Source: Candidatus Poribacteria bacterium
GTDB taxonomy: Bacteria > Poribacteria > WGA-4E > WGA-3G
Assembly (NCBI GenBank): GCA_022827185.1
Contig: JAJDTM010000002.1
Coordinates: forward strand, 1,560-65,559
DNA: 64,000 nt
Direction: 5' to 3'
The notes below the pieces were generated by a model. It ran no database searches. It saw only the letters and a program-made list of their open reading frames with translations, and had not been told where the DNA came from. Shown one piece after another: positions 27,562-38,003 of the stretch (positions are counted from its first letter, which is position 1; every line of letters starts with the position of its first letter). A program made the translations under genes and the position numbers.

Positions 27562-28685
27562 GGAGTAGAATTATGCGTTTATTCCACACCTTATTCAACC
27601 GTAAGATTGGTATGCTAAGTTTTCTTATTTTCTTTGTTTTTGTTCTCTGCTATGCCTGCACAAATAGTGAGGACTTCGCGAACCCACTTGACCCAGAAAA
27701 TCTGCGCACCTCTGGTGCCCCGGATGGTCTTATGCTCTTCGCTGGGGATAAACAGGTACGGGTCACGTGGAATGATATAGGTCAGGAGGGGATTAAAGCA
27801 TACCGTATCTACAGACGTTCTACAGGGGGAACGGATGCGGCGTTTGCGTTAGTTGGTTCTGTTGACGCACCTGCGAACGAATTTATTGACACCCAAAACC
27901 TCGAAAACGACCGGCGTGATGCGGATGGACGGCTCCTTGGTTATGAATATCGTATTACATACATTGATGTCAACGATGTTGAAACACCGGATCCGACGAA
28001 CCCGCCAACTGAGAATGAAGAGCCGCGGCGTTTCTGGAAAACGGCGATCGCGACACCAAGTGTTCCACCGCCTGCCCCGACTGTAACGCTCGGCGATCCA
28101 ACGGACCTCACTATTAAACTCTTTTGGGACGGTTATGAATTTCCTTACGATTTTTCTGTCTTCCGCGTCTATGCTGCAATTGATCCCGAGGATGACAAAC
28201 CGCTCCGATTCAAACTGATCGCTGAACCGAAGCGAGATCAACTCTTCTATTTTGACCACGATTTCCAAGTCGATGGTACTCGGAAAGTCTATCGCGTCGC
28301 TGGCGTTGACGAGTTTGGTGCCGAGGCGATCACGACAGTCACCGCAGCCGCCCCAAATCTGCCACCCGCACCGCCAAGAAACGTCCGGGTCCTTTACCTC
28401 CCCCGGTCCCTATTTAACACAAAATACGATGCCGTCATTTCATGGACACCGAATATCGAACCGGATCTCGCGGGGTACCAACTCTATACCAAAGACGCGG
28501 ATGGCAATTTACTCCTTCGTCCCGCGCCCGGAAAAAAGGATCGCACTTGGACAGTCCCGGGCGAAGACCCGATTCTCGTCGGACAAGATCTGCGTTTCAA
28601 GCAGTACTTCATAACTGCCTTCGATGATACACCTGGCCCCGATGGACAACGAGACGAAAGCGCGATGGTAGAAGCAAAACCCTAA
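27558..28685 (+). CDS. Secreted protein with fibronectin-III-like repeats
   Basis: Three FN3-like segments, for example DGLMLFAGDKQVRVTWNDIGQEGIKAYRIYRR and PRNVRVLYLPR...DAVISWTPNIEPDLAGYQLY. The likely true start is the ATG near 27573. Confidence 0.45.
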   Translation: MRSRIMRLFHTLFNRKIGMLSFLIFFVFVLCYACTNSEDFANPLDPENLRTSGAPDGLMLFAGDKQVRVTWNDIGQEGIKAYRIYRRSTGGTDAAFALVGSVDAPANEFIDTQNLENDRRDADGRLLGYEYRITYIDVNDVETPDPTNPPTENEEPRRFWKTAIATPSVPPPAPTVTLGDPTDLTIKLFWDGYEFPYDFSVFRVYAAIDPEDDKPLRFKLIAEPKRDQLFYFDHDFQVDGTRKVYRVAGVDEFGAEAITTVTAAAPNLPPAPPRNVRVLYLPRSLFNTKYDAVISWTPNIEPDLAGYQLYTKDADGNLLLRPAPGKKDRTWTVPGEDPILVGQDLRFKQYFITAFDDTPGPDGQRDESAMVEAKP

Positions 28686-28715
28686 AACCGGTCTCTATAC
28701 CTAAAGGATAAGTCT

Positions 28716-29693
28716 ATGCTCGCTAAAAACAGACAATTCGGAACACAATACTCTATTTTCATTATTTGCACCTTACTTCTCATTGGTCCCACACTGTCGC
28801 TCTCGGCGCAATTGCCGGCCATTTCGCACCTCAGTACCATTCAAACTGCGGAACCGATCGGCAAGGGGGGTTCGAGTACCTCGTTTGGGCTCCTTCAATA
28901 CTCAAAAGTTGATCTGTTACCGGATCATCGGCAAAGAGTGGATATTGGTGGGTTTGAGGAATTTCATCGCGTATCGCTCCAAATCGAGACTTTCCTTATA
29001 CCGGTCAGATTCAATTACGGCTTAAGCGACGAACTTGATTTGGTGCTGGGCGGCACGTTTTCAACGGGCGGTGTACGGAAAGTTGTTCACGATTTCTATA
29101 ATGTTGCTGAAGCGGCTGATATTGACCCCGCAGCCACCGCTCACCGGGTCTATGATCAACCGCTGTTTGATGGTGTTATCGGACTCAAGTATAACATCAA
29201 ACCCGATCGGGATGATAATTTTCCAAGCATCTCTATTGGTGGCGATGCCCAGTTCGGGTTCACTGCCGATGATCGACTCAACTCAGATAATGAATTCCTC
29301 GACTATAGTCCTGCTGACGGGTTTCCGTTTATGGGAATCAATACCTATATGGTCGGTACCCAAAGACTTGGTAGCCTTTTCAAAGTGCACGCGGGTGTGG
29401 GTGTCTTCCTAACATCAAAGTTACTTAAAACGACAGACTTTTTTACGCTCAATTGGCAGGTCGGCGGTGAAATTGCGATCGCAGATAACATGTGGTTAGT
29501 GGCTGATTTCTCACGTGAACTGCCGTATGCAGGCATAAATGTAACGAACTTCATCGGACTCGCTTTCCGTTATGAGGTCTCGGATACGCTGGCATTTCAA
29601 CTCGGATTTAACAGTCAACCCGGCTTCCAGTTTAACTTGACCTTCGGTGGCGAGAAAGCACAGACACTCGGTGGCGAGAATTTGCTGTTTTAG
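28716..29693 (+). CDS. Outer-membrane beta-barrel protein (C-terminal Phe)
   Basis: Signal peptide. Alternating beta-strand pattern. C-terminus ...NLLF typical of OMP barrels. Confidence 0.45.
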   Translation: MLAKNRQFGTQYSIFIICTLLLIGPTLSLSAQLPAISHLSTIQTAEPIGKGGSSTSFGLLQYSKVDLLPDHRQRVDIGGFEEFHRVSLQIETFLIPVRFNYGLSDELDLVLGGTFSTGGVRKVVHDFYNVAEAADIDPAATAHRVYDQPLFDGVIGLKYNIKPDRDDNFPSISIGGDAQFGFTADDRLNSDNEFLDYSPADGFPFMGINTYMVGTQRLGSLFKVHAGVGVFLTSKLLKTTDFFTLNWQVGGEIAIADNMWLVADFSRELPYAGINVTNFIGLAFRYEVSDTLAFQLGFNSQPGFQFNLTFGGEKAQTLGGENLLF

Positions 29694-29876
29694 CGATGAA
29701 AATTGAAAGAACTCTTAAGGAAAATTAGTAAGAATGCAAGCAGTATCCCACAATCAGAGCCTATCCCCGTCCGATATCAACTAATCAGTAGTCTGTAACG
29801 TAGTGGAGGACGGCTCGAACACAGAAAACGTCAAGGTCTTAAACCCCGTTATTTACCCGCAAGGAAAATTAAAAAA

Positions 29877-30326
29877 ATGAGAGCAGTCGTTCAGCGCGTT
29901 AAATCTGCCAGTGTCACGGTAGAGGGTGAACTCGTTTCCGAGATTGGAGCAGGTGTACTTGTCTTCCTCGGCGTTGCGCATGACGATACCGCAACGCAAC
30001 TGGAATATATTGCCAACAAAATCGCCAACCTGCGTATCTTTGAAGATGAGGAAGGCAAAATGAATCTTTCGCTCCTCGAAACAGGAGGGGCTGCCCTCGT
30101 TGTCTCGCAATTCACGCTCTACGGTGATTGTCGTAAAGGACGGCGACCGAGTTTCATTAATGCCGCACGTCCCGAAGTCGCGAACGCACTTTATGAGGAA
30201 TTCATCGCCCTCCTAAAACAGCAGAATATCCCGACACAAGGGGGCACGTTTCAGGCGATGATGGATGTGCAACTCATTAACGACGGTCCTGTCACCATTC
30301 TATTGGATAGCGACAAACAGTTCTGA
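29877..30326 (+). CDS. dtd: D-aminoacyl-tRNA deacylase
   Basis: MRAVVQRV...SQFTLYGD with the conserved SQFTL and NDGPVT motifs. 149 aa. Confidence 0.9.
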   Translation: MRAVVQRVKSASVTVEGELVSEIGAGVLVFLGVAHDDTATQLEYIANKIANLRIFEDEEGKMNLSLLETGGAALVVSQFTLYGDCRKGRRPSFINAARPEVANALYEEFIALLKQQNIPTQGGTFQAMMDVQLINDGPVTILLDSDKQF

Positions 30327-30373
30327 TTTTTATATTACCTTGCGGTTCGATTTTTTATATTACCTTGCGGTTC
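30327..30373 (+). repeat. Perfect tandem direct repeat of about 22-25 bp (ttttatattaccttgcggttcg x2)
   Basis: Copies at 30327-30348 and 30352-30373 lie immediately after the dtd stop and about 180 nt upstream of uxuA. Confidence 0.6.
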
Positions 30374-30551
30374 GGTCAGGTGGGTTTGATAGGTTGACGT
30401 TCCACTCCGTAGATCCGCCCTCCATTACATTACGGGCTACGGTTGCTTGCTGTTTTTCATCAGAAACCCGATTTTGTTCTCACTGCGAAGCAGGGAAAAT
30501 CGGCGAAGAAACCCAATATTTAAAAAAGTACTATGTCTATAGGAGAAAATC

Positions 30552-31517
30552 ATGGCTCGGAAGATGCGTCTCGGTTTAGGTCAATTCAGTGAACTTAGTG
30601 AAGAACGGTTGAAATTCATCAAACAACTCGGTGTTGAGGATGTCTTGCTCAATACGGCACAGCTCCCCGGCACGGAGCGGTGGGAATATGAGGACATCCT
30701 TCAACTTCGGAAAGAGGTTGAAGCGGTTGGATTACGGTTGGCGGCACTTGAAAACGTGCCTGTCCCGTTTTACGATAAAGCGATGCTCGGTCTGCCCGGT
30801 CGCGATGAACAGATTGAGAATATGGCAGCCACGATTCGTAATATCGGCAAGGCTGGCGTTGAGATCTTCGGATACCACTGGATGCCGAGCGGTGTCTGGC
30901 GTACTTCTCGAACCACACCCGGTCGAGGCGGTGCTGAAGTTACGAGTTTTGATATGGACGAGGTTAAAGACGCGCCGCTATCGCATGGTCGGGTTTTCAC
31001 TGAAGCCGAAATGTGGGAGAATTACGAGTATTACATGAATGCCATCCTGCCTGTTGCCGAAGAAGCAGGCGTTAAACTGGCACTTCATCCGGATGACCCG
31101 CCTGTCGAAATTCTTGCAGGGGTGCCGCGTCTGTTCCGCAACTTTGAAGGTTTTAAACGTGGGATGGAGATCGCCGACAGTCCGATACATGGACTCGATT
31201 TCTGTGTCGGTTCTTGGTCTGAGATGGGACCGGGTGTCACGGACGCGATCCGCTACTTCGGCGAACGCGACAAGATTTTCTATGTTCATTTCCGCGACGT
31301 GGAAGGACATGTTCCGAAGTTTGCTGAATCCTTTGTTGACACCGGCAATTGCGATATGTTTGATGTGATGCGCACGCTGAAGGAAGTCGGTTTTACAGGC
31401 TTCATGATTACCGACCATGTCCCACACATCGTTGATGATACAGGTTGGGGACACCGGGGCCGCGCATATGCTATCGGATACATGACAGCCTTTCTTGAAG
31501 TCTTAACAGCGACGTAG
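30552..31517 (+). CDS. uxuA: Mannonate dehydratase
   Basis: ILPVAEEAGVKLALHPDDPPV matches the E. coli UxuA region [20 protein letters not shown]. Xylose-isomerase-like TIM barrel. Confidence 0.75.
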   Translation: MARKMRLGLGQFSELSEERLKFIKQLGVEDVLLNTAQLPGTERWEYEDILQLRKEVEAVGLRLAALENVPVPFYDKAMLGLPGRDEQIENMAATIRNIGKAGVEIFGYHWMPSGVWRTSRTTPGRGGAEVTSFDMDEVKDAPLSHGRVFTEAEMWENYEYYMNAILPVAEEAGVKLALHPDDPPVEILAGVPRLFRNFEGFKRGMEIADSPIHGLDFCVGSWSEMGPGVTDAIRYFGERDKIFYVHFRDVEGHVPKFAESFVDTGNCDMFDVMRTLKEVGFTGFMITDHVPHIVDDTGWGHRGRAYAIGYMTAFLEVLTAT

Positions 31518-31535
31518 AAATGGATAGAAAAGGAA

Positions 31536-32351
31536 ATGAACCAGCCTGAATACATTGACACCATCAAGCAGGGGGACTGTATTGAGTTGATGTCCGAAAT
31601 GCCGGATGAATGTGTTGACCTCATCATAACGGATCCGCCCTTTGCCATCGACTTCAAAGCGACGCGTCACAACTACAATCGAAAAGGGAATCGCGTCCTT
31701 CAAGGTTACAACGAGATTGAAGCGAGCGACTATCTTGCTTTTACACTTGATTGGCTTTCTGCTGCCACAAGAGTGCTAAAGGATTCCGGCAGTATGTACA
31801 TTTTTTCCGGTTGGAATCATCTGAAAGATCTCTTAATAGCCATTGATCAGTGCCAACTTACGACAGTCAATCACCTCATTTGGAAATATCAGTTTGGCGT
31901 TGTTACCAAACGTAAGTACGTAACGTCTCACTATCACTGCCTTTTTGTATGCAAAAACGATAGGAAACGGAAGTTTTATCCCTATCGTCGATTTGATAAA
32001 GATGCAAAGACTGAAGACGGTGGGTCGGCACACTACAAAGATAAAGAGGATGTCTGGGAAATTAAGAGAGAATATTGGCAAGGCGCAATCAAAACGCCAA
32101 CGAAGCTGCCCGCTGAGCTTATTAATAAAATTCTTGATTATTCCAGTCAAAAAGGCGATGTTGTTTTAGATCCGTTTTTAGGCTCTGGACAGGTTGCTGT
32201 CGTCAGCAAAATGAAGGGACGGCACTACATAGGTTTTGAGATTGTGCCAGCGTATTATGAATTTGCCCTTGACCGACTTGAATCGGGAAAATACTTAATT
32301 CAAAAAACTGAAGAGGAGCCTGTATGGGATTTATTCAGTCAGAAAGAGTGA
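31536..32351 (+). CDS. Beta-class amino-DNA methyltransferase (N6-adenine or N4-cytosine)
   Basis: Motif IV DPPF (IITDPPFAIDF) precedes motif I FLGSGQ, the beta-class order. AT-rich coding bias distinct from the flanks. Confidence 0.8.
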   Translation: MNQPEYIDTIKQGDCIELMSEMPDECVDLIITDPPFAIDFKATRHNYNRKGNRVLQGYNEIEASDYLAFTLDWLSAATRVLKDSGSMYIFSGWNHLKDLLIAIDQCQLTTVNHLIWKYQFGVVTKRKYVTSHYHCLFVCKNDRKRKFYPYRRFDKDAKTEDGGSAHYKDKEDVWEIKREYWQGAIKTPTKLPAELINKILDYSSQKGDVVLDPFLGSGQVAVVSKMKGRHYIGFEIVPAYYEFALDRLESGKYLIQKTEEEPVWDLFSQKE

Positions 32352-32358
32352 TTTTATT

Positions 32359-33024
32359 ATGGTAAATCAAAAGATAGTTGACACTGTTGAAAAATTACAA
32401 AATGCCTCTCAAAGTATGCCGAAAGTTTGGGATGGGAGAAGTGCCATTCTTGAAATGAGAGATTCTGGCTCCAGACAGTGGAGGCAAATGGAATGGATGG
32501 GGTTTTACTTTGAATTTTTGTGTCAAAAATATTTTGACGGCATAATTGATATGCCCGGGAAAAAATATGGTAGGACGGAATTCGACGCATTTCGTGAAAT
32601 TTCATGGGACTTTAAAACACATGCAGCCAATACTACAAACCATAATGTCATCACAAATGATGCGGAGGCAGTGGCAAATACGATAGATGATTACGGTCAT
32701 TATGGAATTATCCTCGCGATTGGTGAAGTGGAATACAACGACGAAGAGAGGACCTTTAAAAGATGGCATGACGAGCTGAAAGAGGGTATTAGCCAATATG
32801 AAGTCAACCGAATAAATAGAGGGGCAATGTCAAGAAGACGTAAAACCGAGTTTGTTTTATCGGAAATCCATTTCATCTGCTTAAATGACGAAACCCTAAG
32901 CCAATGTAGCGGTTCATTTCAGAAAGGTTTTAGAAATGCTGATGGCAGTCTAAGACGAACAAAAGTCATGATAAACATCCGTAAAATTCCAGATGCTGCC
33001 CTTATTGCCACTGAAGAGTTCTAA
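32359..33024 (+). CDS. Putative type II restriction endonuclease partner of the methyltransferase
   Basis: Begins 8 nt after the MTase stop in the same AT-rich block. No confident family match. Inferred from context only. Confidence 0.35.
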   Translation: MVNQKIVDTVEKLQNASQSMPKVWDGRSAILEMRDSGSRQWRQMEWMGFYFEFLCQKYFDGIIDMPGKKYGRTEFDAFREISWDFKTHAANTTNHNVITNDAEAVANTIDDYGHYGIILAIGEVEYNDEERTFKRWHDELKEGISQYEVNRINRGAMSRRRKTEFVLSEIHFICLNDETLSQCSGSFQKGFRNADGSLRRTKVMINIRKIPDAALIATEEF

Positions 33025-33469
33025 AAAAGGCTGTATCAACGGTATTGATTTACTTTCGTGCACATTTTTTATAGCAGGTGTTGCTTGCAAACAACGCAAA
33101 CAAAGATTTGACATTTTCTCAAAAATGTGGTTCAATTAAAGTGTCAGTTGGACAGGAATAGCATCACGTGCATCTCTGCACGTGTCCTGTCCACCGAATG
33201 CTATCGGTAGACTGGCCCTGACGTACCTACAAGAGTGGCACTCTTCAGCCAACGGAAATTGTCAATATATGGGGTTGTCCTCAGCCTTTTCATAAGAAAT
33301 GTTCTCCGGATGCCATTGTGTCAAGTTTAGGTAGAATCTTCTTGTGAGAAGTGCCATTGTTTGTGTTAGAAGTTGAATGTATCACGGAGCTTTTCTAAAA
33401 ACTTTATCTTGCGAGGTTCGCTAAAGAATGCGCTTTGTGGATTGAAGAAACGATAGACTGAGGTGAAAT

Positions 33470-34576
33470 ATGAATATAAGTACAGAACTTCAATATGCCG
33501 GACTAGATAACTTTTATCTTGATGCAAAAAACCCGAGACTTGGGCGTTTTCAGTCTAATAGAAATCTTTCCCAGGAAGAGGTTCTGAATTTGATGCGTAA
33601 CTGGGTTCTTGATGAACTCGCTGGATCTTATCTGGAAAACGGTTTTTGGCAACACGAGGCATTGCTGGTTGTGAAAGAAGAATTATATGGAAAGGAACGT
33701 CTTGTTGTCGTTGAAGGGAACCGTAGACTGGCTGCTCTAATCTATCTTTGTCGAGCTGTTAACGGAAATCCAGTTTCCAAAAAATGGGGTTTACTCGTTG
33801 AAAACAGAGAGGTTCCTAGAGAATTTTTCGATAGAGTTCCCTACATACAGGTTGAAACTCGCGAAACGATTGAGACATTTCAAGGATTTCGTCACACCAC
33901 CGGTATTAAAAACTGGTATCCGCTAGAGAAAACGCGATACATTGGTAGATTAATAGATGATCACGGTATGACGTATAAAGAAGTAGCTCTGAAAATTGGA
34001 AGCTATACTTCCACAGTTCGACATCATTATATCTCATATCGGTTTATCCTACAGATAGAAAGCATCTTGGAGGGATTTTCTTTTGAAGATGCTGATAGTC
34101 AATTCAGTACGCTGTACCATCTGCTTCGTAAGCGGACAGTGCAGGAGTATCTTAACATTGATCCCTCTGCAGATCCACACGAGGCCCAAACACCAGTCCC
34201 CAAAAAGAGGTTGGATGCGCTGGCGCACTTTGCACGATGGTTGTTTGGCACTCAGCAACAGCCTCCTGTTTTCATTGAACCATGGCGGATTGATGACTAC
34301 GGCAAAATTTTTGAAAACCCGGAAGCCGTACAATATTTGGAAAACAGCAAAAAACCTAACTTTGACCACGCTTTGCAGCTGGCAGTTGATGATGAGTCAG
34401 AATTGGCTTATCTTCTCAGCGAGGCGGCAGCCAACGTTAAACTCGTTGTGAATCGCATTCATCTCTATAAGAACTCTCCCGAGATCCAACGCGCTGTTGA
34501 AAATTTGGTGATTGATTACAAAGAGTTACTTGACCAGTCGCTGAGTTCCGAAATGAAACCCTTGAGTGATGATTGA
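33470..34576 (+). CDS. ParB/Srx-like nuclease-domain protein with a central HTH
   Basis: VVEGNRRLAAL matches the ParB N-terminal GxRRxxA motif. A probable HTH lies at MTYKEVALKIGSYTSTVRHH. Confidence 0.5.
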   Translation: MNISTELQYAGLDNFYLDAKNPRLGRFQSNRNLSQEEVLNLMRNWVLDELAGSYLENGFWQHEALLVVKEELYGKERLVVVEGNRRLAALIYLCRAVNGNPVSKKWGLLVENREVPREFFDRVPYIQVETRETIETFQGFRHTTGIKNWYPLEKTRYIGRLIDDHGMTYKEVALKIGSYTSTVRHHYISYRFILQIESILEGFSFEDADSQFSTLYHLLRKRTVQEYLNIDPSADPHEAQTPVPKKRLDALAHFARWLFGTQQQPPVFIEPWRIDDYGKIFENPEAVQYLENSKKPNFDHALQLAVDDESELAYLLSEAAANVKLVVNRIHLYKNSPEIQRAVENLVIDYKELLDQSLSSEMKPLSDD

Positions 34577-34783
34577 GGCCTATACGTTGTCTCTCTGAGT
34601 CCTCTTAAGTGTTGTCTCACACTTGGAGTAGAGTCTGAAAATAGGTGATCAGGTTCGCTGAGGGATGGTGCAGCTAGTTTCCACCAACTGCTCTACCCTC
34701 ATATCAGGTGGTATACGCGCGGTACCGTAAGAATTAGTGTGGAAACATAATTATCGGCTTTGCTATAAAAGGCACCTATAAAA

Positions 34784-35290
34784 ATGCTAAGGTATCAGCT
34801 ATTTCCCAGATCCCAGGGCATAACCCAGCAAATTCAATACGTTATTGAATGTTTTGAACGCACGTACGATCAGATAAAGTCTCCTGAAAACGAACTGAAA
34901 AGTGACGAAGTTTTGGACATATTGAGGTCTCATCTTGAACAGATTGGATTCACAGTAGAAACCGGGAAAGCAAAAGGGCAAAAAATTCCTGTGCCTGTTC
35001 TCTTCGGCTTGAATAATACCGTTGACCAGTCTTTCAACGCCGATGGTGTAAGCAATGACGGGAAAATAGTTATTGAAGTTGAAGCAGGCAGAGCAACTGC
35101 TAATTACGCATTTCTTAAAGACATTTTTCAGGCATCAATGATGCATGGTGTTGAATTCCTAATCTTGGCTGTTAGAAATGATTATAGAGGTGGCGACGAT
35201 TTCCAGAAAGTTTATACTTTTTTGGAAACATTATACATCAGCAGCCGATTGGTGCTGCCGCTGAAGGGAATTATCCTGATCGGATATTAA
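34784..35290 (+). CDS. Hypothetical protein (possible PD-(D/E)XK-like fold)
   Basis: 168 aa. D...IVIEVEAG resembles a restriction-endonuclease-like core, but this is weak. Confidence 0.3.
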   Translation: MLRYQLFPRSQGITQQIQYVIECFERTYDQIKSPENELKSDEVLDILRSHLEQIGFTVETGKAKGQKIPVPVLFGLNNTVDQSFNADGVSNDGKIVIEVEAGRATANYAFLKDIFQASMMHGVEFLILAVRNDYRGGDDFQKVYTFLETLYISSRLVLPLKGIILIGY

Positions 35291-35387
35291 CGGTAAGACC
35301 TACCTAAGAGCAGCCAGCAGGAGAAAACGTCTGCAACTGCCATAAACGAGAACCCATAGCCGCCCGTCAATACAAGAGGACTATAAA

Positions 35388-36161
35388 ATGGCGCAAGTTG
35401 TCCCTTTAAGATACGATACTGCATTTAAGAAAGCGTTCGGTCAACCCGAGATTTTTTGTCAATTTGCCGAAGACGTTTTAGGTATCAAATTCCATACCGA
35501 TGAGGTGCATCGCGGCTACAAGTTCCTTGAACCTATCGGGCAGGTCGATATTGAATACGATCTGTTTGCTGAGGATCCAGAATCTCGAATTGTGGTTGAG
35601 ATACAACACGTCAGAGAACGCAACTTTCGTGATCGTTCCCGCTATTATCATCGGCAGGTGAAAAATAGCAAGGCGTATCAGTTCGATCGGACAGTTTACA
35701 CGATTGTTGTTTTAACAAGTCCGTATCATGAGGACGAAATCGACTTTAGTGTGGCTATCACAGATTTCAACCTGGTCAACGAATTTAGTCGCAAAGTCGA
35801 TGTCTATCCGCATCAACTTGTATTTGTGGTCCCGCGTATGGTCAACGATAAGACCCCGTCTGGCATTAAAGCGTGGTTGGAACTTGTGTTGGATTCTCTG
35901 GATGGCGAGATAGATGAAAGCCGCTATAGTTCGCCAATTTTCGAGCGGGTGATTGATGCGGTTAAACTTGGCAATATCTCACCGGCGGAGCGCAGGGTAC
36001 TCAAAGATGAAGAGTCTTGGGAAGATACCCTAATAGATGCAAGGCAGCAGGAAAAGGAAACGATTGCACGCGCAATGATTAGTGAAGGATTAAGCACCGA
36101 GGTCATCGCAAGAACAACGGGAATTCCAGAAGCAGACATCGAAAAACTAAGGCAATCCTAA
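35388..36161 (+). CDS. Rpn/YhgA-like PD-(D/E)XK nuclease family protein (putative transposase)
   Basis: N-terminal RYDTAFKKAFG and C-terminal helix IARAMISEGLSTEVIARTTGIPEADIEKL are characteristic of the Rpn/TIGR01784 family. Confidence 0.55.
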   Translation: MAQVVPLRYDTAFKKAFGQPEIFCQFAEDVLGIKFHTDEVHRGYKFLEPIGQVDIEYDLFAEDPESRIVVEIQHVRERNFRDRSRYYHRQVKNSKAYQFDRTVYTIVVLTSPYHEDEIDFSVAITDFNLVNEFSRKVDVYPHQLVFVVPRMVNDKTPSGIKAWLELVLDSLDGEIDESRYSSPIFERVIDAVKLGNISPAERRVLKDEESWEDTLIDARQQEKETIARAMISEGLSTEVIARTTGIPEADIEKLRQS

Positions 36162-36360
36162 ATACCGAACGCGAGGCGCAATGAATTGCGCTACTACGAG
36201 CCAGGATACTTTACTGTTTGGAGGGACGCGATTCACCGCAGCGATGGGGGTTGTCTGGTTTCTATGCACAGCCTAACAGGCTATGCTACAAACGCTATCT
36301 ACTATAATCCTTCGTAATACCATGGCACGCTAAAAATAATATACACAATGAGGTGACTTC

Positions 36361-38001
36361 ATGTTTAATAGACCCCCAACCATCGGTGAATACCTACTCA
36401 GAAAACTGGAAAGTTACGATATTGGACACATCTTCGGTATCCCTGGCGATTATGTGCTGCGGTTCTATGACCTCATAGAGAAAAGTTCAATTCGGCATAT
36501 CGGGATGACCCGTGAGGACGCGGCAGGTTATGCGGCAGATGCCTACGCACGCACAAACGGGATGGGGGCTGCCTGTGTTACCTATTGCGTCGGTGGGTTA
36601 TCAATGGTGAACGCCGTTGCGGGTGCCTACGCCGAGAAATCACCCGTCGTTGTCATTAGCGGCGCGCCAGGTATCAGAGAACGCGGGAAAGATGCCCTGC
36701 TCCACCATAAAGTCAGGGATTTCCATACACAACAACATATCTATGACGAGATTACCGTCGCGACCGCGCTGCTCGATGAACCCTTTACGGCTTTCAACGA
36801 AATTGATCGGGTGCTTGATGCGGTGGATCGCTATAAACGCCCTGGCTACTTAGAACTCCCACGCGATATGGTAGATGTCCGCGGCACACTCTACCAACGT
36901 CCATCAACGGGTGGACATCTCAGTGACCCAGACACATTAGATGCCGCTGTTACGGATGCTATTGATTTCATTAATCAGAGCAAGAAACCGGTGGTTCTTG
37001 CAGGTGTAGAGGTACACAGATTTGGCTACCGAAACAAATTGACCCGGTTCGTAGAAGAGAAACGCATTCCTGTGGTGGCGACGCTCCTCGGGAAATCTGT
37101 TATCTCAGAATCACATCCGCTCTACTTGGGTATCTATGAAGGTGCCATGGGACGGGAAGAAGTCAGACGATTCGTTGAAGATTCGGATTGTGTTATCATC
37201 CTCGGGGCATTCATGACGGATGTCAATCTCGGCATTTACACGGCAAACCTCGACCGTTCGCGTTCTATCTATGCGACATCGGAAAAGATCATGGTCCGCT
37301 ATCACTCATACGAAGAAGTGATGTTTGATGACTTTATTGACGGCATCAATTCGCCGAAACTCCGAAAGCGGCGGAAACCGAATTTGGAGTGGGCACTCCG
37401 AGATTCAAAACCGTTTGTTGTCGAGCCTAATGCCCCTCTAACAGTGCGTCGGTTGTTTCGACACCTCAACGAATTTATTACCGATGGGCTGGTAGTAATC
37501 GCGGATGTCGGCGATAGCCTCTTCGGTGCTGTGGAATTGCGAATGTCTCAAGACACCGATTTTATCAGTCCTGCGTACTATACCTCAATGGGATTTGCCG
37601 TCCCCGCATCTGTTGGTGCGCAACTCAGTATGCCTAACAAACGTCCGCTCGTTATCGTCGGAGATGGTGCCTTCCAGATGACTGGCACCGAACTCTCAAC
37701 AACCGTGCGTTACGGACTCAATCCGATTATCCTGCTTTTAAACAACCACGGGTACGGCACAGAACGGCATCTTCTTGAGGGAGCTTTCAACGATATAGGG
37801 TGTTGGAACTACAGCAGCATGCCAGCCCTCTTTAGTGCGGGGCGTGGCATCCATGTCCGGACGGAAGGTGAGTTTGAAACTGCTATCAAAACTGCACTCG
37901 CTGAGACGCAGCACTTTACGCTGATTGAAGCGGAGCTCGAAAAGTTGGATACGTCACCTGCCCTTGCCCGGTTAGCAGAACGGATGTCCGGCACAGTTTA
38001 A
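36361..38001 (+). CDS. Thiamine-pyrophosphate-dependent 2-keto acid decarboxylase (indolepyruvate/pyruvate decarboxylase family)
   Basis: IGEYLLRKLESYDIGHIFGIPGDY, GYAADAYAR and the TPP-binding GDGAFQMT motif. 546 aa. Confidence 0.65.
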   Translation: MFNRPPTIGEYLLRKLESYDIGHIFGIPGDYVLRFYDLIEKSSIRHIGMTREDAAGYAADAYARTNGMGAACVTYCVGGLSMVNAVAGAYAEKSPVVVISGAPGIRERGKDALLHHKVRDFHTQQHIYDEITVATALLDEPFTAFNEIDRVLDAVDRYKRPGYLELPRDMVDVRGTLYQRPSTGGHLSDPDTLDAAVTDAIDFINQSKKPVVLAGVEVHRFGYRNKLTRFVEEKRIPVVATLLGKSVISESHPLYLGIYEGAMGREEVRRFVEDSDCVIILGAFMTDVNLGIYTANLDRSRSIYATSEKIMVRYHSYEEVMFDDFIDGINSPKLRKRRKPNLEWALRDSKPFVVEPNAPLTVRRLFRHLNEFITDGLVVIADVGDSLFGAVELRMSQDTDFISPAYYTSMGFAVPASVGAQLSMPNKRPLVIVGDGAFQMTGTELSTTVRYGLNPIILLLNNHGYGTERHLLEGAFNDIGCWNYSSMPALFSAGRGIHVRTEGEFETAIKTALAETQHFTLIEAELEKLDTSPALARLAERMSGTV

Positions 38002-38003
38002 TA

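Noticed and set aside
36175-36191. GGCGCAATGAATTGCGC palindrome after the Rpn-like gene, considered as a terminator.
   Set aside because: It is the inverted twin of the 10717 hairpin but lacks a following T-tract here. Recorded as a repeat-family member rather than a confident terminator.
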